Origin: Eledone cirrhosa
Taxonomy: Eukaryota
Length of the DNA stretch: 64,000 nt
Assembly (NCBI GenBank): GCA_964016885.1
Contig: OZ024742.1
Location: forward strand, 359,476,001 to 359,540,000
Reading direction: 5' to 3'
Notes under the pieces: model-generated
Told to the model about the DNA's origin: nothing
Seen by the model: only the letters and a program-made list of their open reading frames with translations
Databases searched by the model: none
Shown here: positions 56,352-64,000 of the stretch, piece after piece
How positions within the stretch are numbered: position 1 is the stretch's first letter
How the letters are laid out: every line of letters begins with the position of its first letter
Made by a program: the position numbers and the translations under genes

Positions 56352-56743
56352 TTCAGGGTAATGTGATGTTTGGTGTATAAACTAGATGTGGTGAATAAAT
56401 ATATACATATACACCAGGTCTGAAAACAATGGAACCAAACATCCACTGTCTCTGCCTCCGTCTATCCCGATCTCTCCGTGTCACACTATTATAAGCAAAT
56501 AGGGGCCGAATTCTGGTGTCCTTAGCTCTAGGACGCGTCTCCCTTACCATCCTCCGGAGAAACACCTTCTATATTCTGTCAGCCGGGGTCGCGGGGCGGT
56601 CACGCAAGGGCCTCCATTTGTATATAATAGTGAGAGATGAAGAGAGTAGGAGAGACGATGGCCTGGTGTATATGTATATATTTATTTACCACATATTTAC
56701 CACAAATATATTTATTTATACACTAAACATCACATAACACTTA
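56352..56743. mobile_element. MITE-like element with about 65-bp imperfect terminal inverted repeats
   Basis: atgtgatgtttggtgtataaa...tatatacatatacaccagg is mirrored at 56662-56735. Confidence 0.55.
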
Positions 56744-57039
56744 ACAGATTTCATCTCGCAACGCCTCGTACTATGCACAACAATGCTATGTACTTGATGT
56801 AGTTTATTTCGAAATAATTCAATAAATATTTATATAATCCAAATGAACCATCAGCAGCAGCTGGTAACAGGATTGTTTTTCTAGTTCTCGTGCTGGCCTT
56901 TCATGACATCTCATTTAATGAAACTGTTAGAAGAGGCAAAGCTTTAAAGGGTTTACATAGAATGTTGTTGTTGTTGTTACAGATCACACCTCTGCAGGTT
57001 TAGCTGGCCTCCTCCAAGGTATATCTCGTTGGAGGTGTC

Positions 57040-57222
57040 TTGAGTGATTTAATGATAGGGACCCATGTCCTATCATCTCATTTCTACAGCTGAGTAAACT
57101 GGAATAACGTGAAATAAAGTGGCTTGCTCAAGGAAACAACACAACACCCGGTCCGAGAGTTGAACTCACAACCTATCGATTACAAGCCCAATGCTCTAAC
57201 CACTACGCCATGCGCCTTCACA
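57040..57222 (-). mobile_element. tRNA-derived SINE family 2
   Basis: tggcgtagtggttaga...gagttcaactc...ccttgagcaagccactt. Confidence 0.8.
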
Positions 57223-57350
57223 AAGTTGCGCGTTTACATAGAATGCAATTACCAGTCCCCTAGTTCATTGGCATACTTCTCCAATTCGTTAGATCAAATT
57301 TAATAAAGCTCTTGGAGAATGTACCAGTCGCTTTTGATAGATATCTCTGC

Positions 57351-57590
57351 GCCGCCACCACCACCACTACCACCACCACAACTACAACCACTGTTACCAC
57401 CACCACCACCACCGCTACTGCCATCACCATCACCACCACTACCGCCACCACCACCACCACCACCGCTACCACCACCACCACCGATACTGCCATCACCATC
57501 ACCACCACTACCACCACCACCACCACCACCACCACCACCACCACCACCACCACCACTACCACCACCACCACCACAACCACCACCGCCACC
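57351..57590. repeat. (CCA)n tract
   Basis: Direct inspection. Confidence 0.95.
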
Positions 57591-57593
57591 GCG

Positions 57594-58107
57594 GTGTGTG
57601 TTGTGTGGTTAGTTTGCGCATGTGTTACATCCGGGTGTCTGTGTGTGTGTGTGTGTTTTTATTTGTTTATTTATTTGTTTATTTACATGTTACTAGTTGG
57701 TTGTTTGTTGTATGTGTATGTGTTTTCATTTTGTCCTTAATTGTAAGTTGTGATGTTGCTATTCCATGCGCAAATTAAGCACACAACACACACAAATACA
57801 AGATGGCGTAAGATAGAACAAAGGAGAGGCACAAAACAAAGAAAAGAATCCCCAGTCTCTGAAGAGGTCACAGAATGTGTGACGAAAGAACTTTGACAAT
57901 ATATGAACACCGTCCGGTTGTGGAACCAACCAACCAACCGGAAATTTACAAATTTCTTAAATTTATAAATTTAATTTATAATAAATTGGAGTGAAAGCAA
58001 CTATACTTTGGGAGGGTGATGTTGCCAATAAGAAACACACGCACCAGTTGCTTTCACTCCAATTTATTATAAATTAAATTTATAAATTTAAGAAATTTGT
58101 AAATATT
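57594..58107. mobile_element. Rearranged (minus/plus/minus) pLTR fragments of PLE family B, with HHR at 57855-57897(+)
   Basis: gtct CTGAAGA g gtcaca gaatg tgtgac GAAA gaac TT tgac; homologous to 37280-37890. Confidence 0.8.
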
Positions 58108-58142
58108 CACAAGTGTGTTTTAACCTTCATATCATGTCTCCC

Positions 58143-58213
58143 TATTTTATCTGACGAAAACGCAAATGTTATTGCATGATGATATTTGTTTTTGAAATGC
58201 GCATAATAAAATA
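58143..58213 (+). ncRNA. Type I hammerhead ribozyme
   Basis: tattttat CTGACGA aaacgcaaatgttatt gcat gatgatatttgttttt GAAA tgcgca TA ataaaata. Confidence 0.9.
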
Positions 58214-58331
58214 CATGGTATTCTTTTAACCATCTTTTGATCTTATATATTATTATTATATATATATATATATATATAGTTATATATTTATATTTGTATA
58301 AATATATATTATATATATGCATTTATATATA

Positions 58332-59163
58332 TATAAGTATGTACACGTACATACATATATGTATACAGACGTACAGTAGTATGTATATATATATATATAC
58401 ATACACGCACACATATATATATATGTACGTATGGATTCACCGAACATTTATTATAATGCTCGGTGTGTTTGTAAACAAACATCCCGTATTAAGCCGTAGT
58501 GTCCAGCAACCATCGTTGCTCGTTTGTTCAACACTGACAAAGGAACGCTGTACTAGTTTCAAGCTTATTAGCTATCGTCAGCAACGTATACCTTCCTTCC
58601 AGATTGTTGAACGTATATACTTACCTTATGCATATTAACGGCTGAGTAGCCCAATTTGCATATCGAGTGGGTTAATCGGCCGGGTGCACCGAAAACGATA
58701 AACGGAAAAAATGAAACGAAATTTCATTTCCCACTCTTAGTACGCCGGCCGATTAATCCACTCGATATGCAAATTGGGCTACTCAGCCGTTAATATGCAT
58801 AAGGTAAGTATATACGTTCAACAATCTGGCAGGAAGATATAAGTTGCTGACGATAGCTAATAAGCTTGAAACTAGTACAGCGTTCCTTTGTCAGTGTTGA
58901 ACAAACGAGCAACGATGGTTGCTGGACACTACGGCTTAATACAGGATGTTTGTTTACAAACACACCGAGCATTATAATAAATGTTCGGTGAATCCATGCG
59001 TACATATATATATATATATATATATATGTGCGTGTATGTATATATATATACATACTACTGTACGTCTGTATACATATATGTATGTACGTGTACATACTTA
59101 TATTTAAGTAACAGCCGTACTAACAGTGGGAAATGAAATTTCGTTTCATTTTTTCCGTTCATT
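58332..59163. mobile_element. Fold-back pLTR insertion (about 350-bp arms, about 60-nt tail)
   Basis: 58332-58682 mirrors 58746-59103. Confidence 0.9.
58545..58587 (-). ncRNA. Minimal type I hammerhead (mirror copy at 58843-58883(+))
   Basis: acgttg CTGACGA t agc taataa gct t GAAA ctag TA cagcgt. Confidence 0.88.
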
Positions 59164-59482
59164 TATATATATATGTATATATATATTTATATATATATAT
59201 GTGTGTGTCTATATATATGTATGTAAAATGATGCTGCCGTTTTGTGTATGATATACTTTTTTTTAGAAAAGTGGATAATGGAGCGCATCTATCTGAAATG
59301 TAAAAAAACTGCTTTGTATATAGAGCTATAGATGTGCCTGTGTGGGGGGGTAGTGTTATTATACGTCCGTACGAAGCTAAGAGGCTATGTGTGTATATGT
59401 AAGTAGAAGAGTGTGTGTGTGTGTGCTTGTAAGTACGAAGCTGTAAGCAAAAGTATGTTAACATAAGGGAGTGTGTGTGTGA

Positions 59483-59580
<98 letters not shown>

Positions 59581-59850
59581 ACAGAGCTGTGAAGAGAAAA
59601 GAAAAGGTGTGTATGAGTATTTAGTTGGTCTGTATCAGCTGTAAGAGTGTATGTTTGTGGGTATAAGAGAGTCATAGGAATCTAGGGGTGAATGTACAAG
59701 CGCGTGAGTTATAAACGTGGCAGAGGGAGGGGGGAGATAATTAAGCATGAATGTATTTTGTGTAATATTAAATAAATTGGGGAGGGGTGTTGAGTCCATG
59801 GAGGAAACAGGACCCAAGGCGATCTGTATATATATATATATATATATATA

Positions 59851-60047
59851 TAACAAAGGAATTGTGGTAAGGAACCAGATGGACCATAACGCACCAGAGT
59901 ACTCAATACATACTTAGGGTAGTAGAGTGGGAAATAAGAAAAAGTATGACCCTGACGGCAGAGCTCAAGCCGTTTCGACGGCTATTTCTGGAGTCCAGAA
60001 ATAGCCGTCGAAACGGCTTGAGCTCTGCCGTCGGGGTCATACTTTTT

Positions 60048-60051
<4 letters not shown>
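59851..60051. mobile_element. Mini fold-back insertion of the PLE family-A terminus
   Basis: Centre tctgga-g-tccaga at about 59992. Confidence 0.9.
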
Positions 60052-60098
<47 letters not shown>

Positions 60099-60414
60099 AT
60101 AGATAGATATAATTAGTTGCAACAGTGACATATACAGGTACCTAAGATTCGTTCGGTTATACACTCCAACTCAGCCTGTTATATAAAATACCTACATCCA
60201 CAGGTTGATTTGAGGTTTTTAGAAAATACATGAGAGTTCTTCAAGGGCAGTCACGTGTTCTTCAAGGAAAGAGGAAGAATTACCTCCGGGTTTTGGCGGG
60301 TAAATGCAAAGTGTGAACAAAAGAATCTACTCTGTTCAACGTCTACGTCTGCTCTCAAGCAGGACATCAACACAATTAATCAATCAATCAATAAATATAT
60401 ATATATATATATAT

Positions 60415-60594
60415 CAGGTAGAGTGTGGTAAACACCAGGTAGACCATAACCCACCAGAGTACTCGATACTTGGGGTAGTAGAGTGGGAAATATCAAAAGA
60501 ATCAGGACCCCGACGGCTGAGCTCCGGCGGCTTCGACAGTTAGATCCGGAAGCTGTCGAAACGGCCGGAGCTCAACCATCAGGGTCCTGAATCT

Positions 60595-60662
<68 letters not shown>

Positions 60663-60711
60663 AAGTATGACCCCGACGGCAGAGCTCAAGCCGTTTCAAC
60701 GGCTATTTCTG

Positions 60712-60714
<3 letters not shown>
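60415..60714. mobile_element. Diverged family-A-like mini fold-back (60415-60601) and a single short arm (60658-60714)
   Basis: Same terminus sequence and breakpoint, separated by (TA)n. Confidence 0.8.
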
Positions 60715-60745
<31 letters not shown>

Positions 60746-61339
60746 TGGACTTTATATACATATATATATATATATACGAAGGAAAGTCAAAAATTATCTG
60801 CACTCTTGTTTTTGTTTTTTTGTTGTTGTTTTTTTAAGTTTATTTACTCAAAAGCAGGGGTTAAACAAGTAGATCATCTTTCTACATGGCATCTTACACT
60901 GTTGACCGTACACCCCGTTTCCTGGTAGTATTCTAGTATAGACCTTTTTAAGTCCCCTAAAACGGTTAGCATCACCTTTCCCGCCTAAGGTTGAGTCTTT
61001 AATGTTTTCGTCACTCGCGAGGCAGGATGTTTCCACTCCTTGCTCTGTTTATTTGGCTTATAATGATTGACCCACGTTTCATCACCTCTGGCTATTCTCT
61101 TCAAACATTCTTCATGTTCATTGTTGTAGAGGTCAAGTAAACGTTGGCAGACCTCAACACATTTGCCCCTGTGATCTGCAGTAAGCTCTCTTGGTACCCA
61201 TCTCGCACAGACGTTATGGAAACCTATGTTGTTGTGGATGGTTTGATTGGCACAACCCTCACTAATCTGCAGAGAACTTGCTACCTATTCGATGATAATG
61301 TTTATTATATTATATCATATTATATTATTATTTAGTGAA

Positions 61340-61710
61340 AGCGTTCAAATCCCGCCGAGGTTAACTTTGCCTTTCATCCTTACGGGGACGATAAAAATAA
61401 AGTACCAGTCACGCATTGTGGTCGATTTAATCGACTTTCCCCTCCGCCAAAATTGCTGGCCTTGTGCCTATATCAGAAACAATTATTATTTAGTGAAAAC
61501 GTGTGGCTGAGTGGTTAGAGAATTGGATTCACAATCGTGAGGTTGTGAGTTCGATTCCCGGACCGAGCGATGCGTTATGTCCTTGAGTAACACACGTTAT
61601 TTCACGTTTCTCCATCTACCTGGAGTTGCGACCCATAAATAGTATTAGCAACTGGAAAAACCAATGGAAACATTGTTTCCTCGGTCCGATTTGACGAAAG
61701 TCGATCGTCC
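61340..61710 (+). mobile_element. Truncated SINE family 1 followed by SINE family 2
   Basis: Matches 22330-22447 and 49285-49497. Confidence 0.8.
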
Positions 61711-61831
61711 TATATTATTTATGTTCATACATTGAACAAAAGCGCTACCCACGATTTCATGGCCTCATATTAACTATATATTCATATATATACAAACCCC
61801 TTCATACATATGTATATATATATATATATAT

Positions 61832-62180
<349 letters not shown>

Positions 62181-62514
62181 CGTGAGTGTGAAGTTTTCAG
62201 TAATATAATATATAATATAGTACAACAACAAACAAACGTAAATTAAACGCTATCTGCTAGCGTCTATTCAGTAAAACTCTACAAAGAATATCTTAATACT
62301 TGGTGACATTGACGTGCGCCATGTCTGTTAATATTCATAGTCTTCCTATTCCAAGCAAAAGTATGTTGACTGTTTTCAGAAATTGGCCACTGAATGTGTA
62401 TATCACATGCCAACTGAAAATAAACTTCCAATCTTCCAACCATAAGAACATGCTACACGTGGATTTAAACATCAAAAGAACATCTGTCTTCAACGAATTG
62501 TCCTCTGCTCTCTT

Positions 62515-62979
62515 TTCCTCTTCCTCCTCCTCCCCTTCTTGTTGCTGTTGTTGTTGTTGTTGTTGTTGTTCTTCTTCTTCTTCTTCTTCTTCTTCTTCTT
62601 CTTCTTCTTCTTCTTCTTCTTCTTCTTCTCCTCCTCCTCCTCCTTCTTCTCCTTCTTCTTATTCTTCTTCTCATTCTTCTTCTTCTTCTTCTTCTTCTTC
62701 TTCTTCTTCTCCTCCTTCTTCTCCTTCTTCTTCTTCTTCTTCTTCTTCTTCTTCTTCTTCTTCTTCTTCTTCTCCTCCTTCTTCTCCTTCTTCTTCTTCT
62801 TCTTCTTCTTCTTCTTCTTCTTCTTCTTCTTCTTCTTCTTCTTCTTCTTCTCCTCCTCCTCCTCCTTCTTCTCCTTCTTCTTATTCTTCTTCTCATTCTT
62901 CTTCTTCTTCTTCTTCTTCTTCTTCTTCTTCTTCTTCTTCTTCTTCTTCTTCTTCTTCTCCTTCTTCTTCTTCTTCTTC

Positions 62980-63020
<41 letters not shown>

Positions 63021-63207
63021 TACTGGGCTTTCTCCACAAATGTCCCTCCGAAGTCTGCCCCCTATTGGGGAATTTTTCATTGTTATTTTTTGTTACATCC
63101 TCTGTTTTTGTTTTTTACACGCAGAAATGCCCATTTGTACCGTCCTGCATTGTCCTGCACTGTCCTTAATGTCTACTTTATGTAAACCCTTGTGGTTAAT
63201 AAAGAAA

Positions 63208-63252
<45 letters not shown>

Positions 63253-63640
63253 TCATCCTTCTTCTTCTCCTTCTTCTTCTCCTCCTCCTCCTCCTTCTTC
63301 TCCTTCTTCTTCTTCTTCTCCTCCTCCTCCTCCTTCTTCTCATTCTTCTACCCCCCTCCTCCTCCGCTTCTCTACATTCGTATCATTTTTATTCTTCATT
63401 TTCTCCCTATTTTCCTCCATCTTATCCTTTTTGTCTTTCTTACAGTATTACTTCTTTTTCTCCTCCACGTCTTCCTCCTCCTTTTCTTCTTCTTCTCTTC
63501 TCCTCCTTTTCTTCTTCTTCTTCTTCTTCTTCTTCTTCTTCTCCTTTTCTTCTTCTTCCTCTTCTTTTTTCTTCCTCTTTATTTTCTTCTTCTTCCTCCT
63601 TTTTCTTCTTCGTCTTCGTCTCCTACTCTTCCTACTTTCC
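62515..63640. repeat. Compound (TTG)n/(TTC)n/(TCC)n/(TAT)n low-complexity region
   Basis: Direct inspection. Confidence 0.95.
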
Positions 63641-64000
63641 TATATTTCATCTTCTTTTCCTTCATTTTCATCGTCTCTTCTTTTAGTCACATGACAAGTG
63701 AAGTTCTATGTTTCCGAGTTCAATTCCTGCCAATATCATCTTTACTGTTCAGTCAAGGGGAGTTACTTATGTATCATTAATGACACTAAGTATGATGCTG
63801 AATATTATACACAAACACATATACGTTTATATATAACAAACATAGATATAACTTCACTGTGAGTATTTAAAGCCGTATTTCAACCGTGTAAGGATGCCAT
63901 GTACATGTGTGTCAGAATCATGACTCACATCTTCAGAGGATGTTTACTTACTACGGTACTGAGACACAGATCCTAATAGCTTCTATTAGATTGGGTGAAA

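Noticed and set aside
63870-63945. Minus-strand CTGAAGA followed by a hairpin
   Set aside because: GAAA does not follow the hairpin and there is no stem I partner.

Overview
AT-rich, microsatellite-dense animal genomic DNA; the tRNA-derived SINEs and repeat landscape suggest an octopod cephalopod (inference). No host protein-coding gene could be supported, and nearly all recognisable sequence is mobile DNA. It includes a near-complete Tx1/L1-clade LINE plus an internally deleted tandem copy in (ATCT)n, at least four families of Penelope-like elements (PLEs; RT + C-terminal GIY-YIG), two Helitron remnants, RTE-derived elements, an R4-like fragment and many SINEs. The main signal is about 30 type I hammerhead ribozyme (HHR) motifs, found by eye, from many unrelated sequence families. 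They lie in PLE pseudo-LTRs, in fold-back (palindromic) insertions and in small non-coding terminally redundant elements (about 480-740 nt unit, retrozyme-like), nearly all inserted in (TA)n. Two lineages use a compensatory U3:A8 core (UUGANAA) that a CUGANGA search would miss. Unrelated families also share a covarying bulged hairpin (RYTC...YY-GARY) a few nt past their proximal 3' end, a candidate common signal for PLE-type mobilisation. All structures were folded by hand and none was computed or tested.
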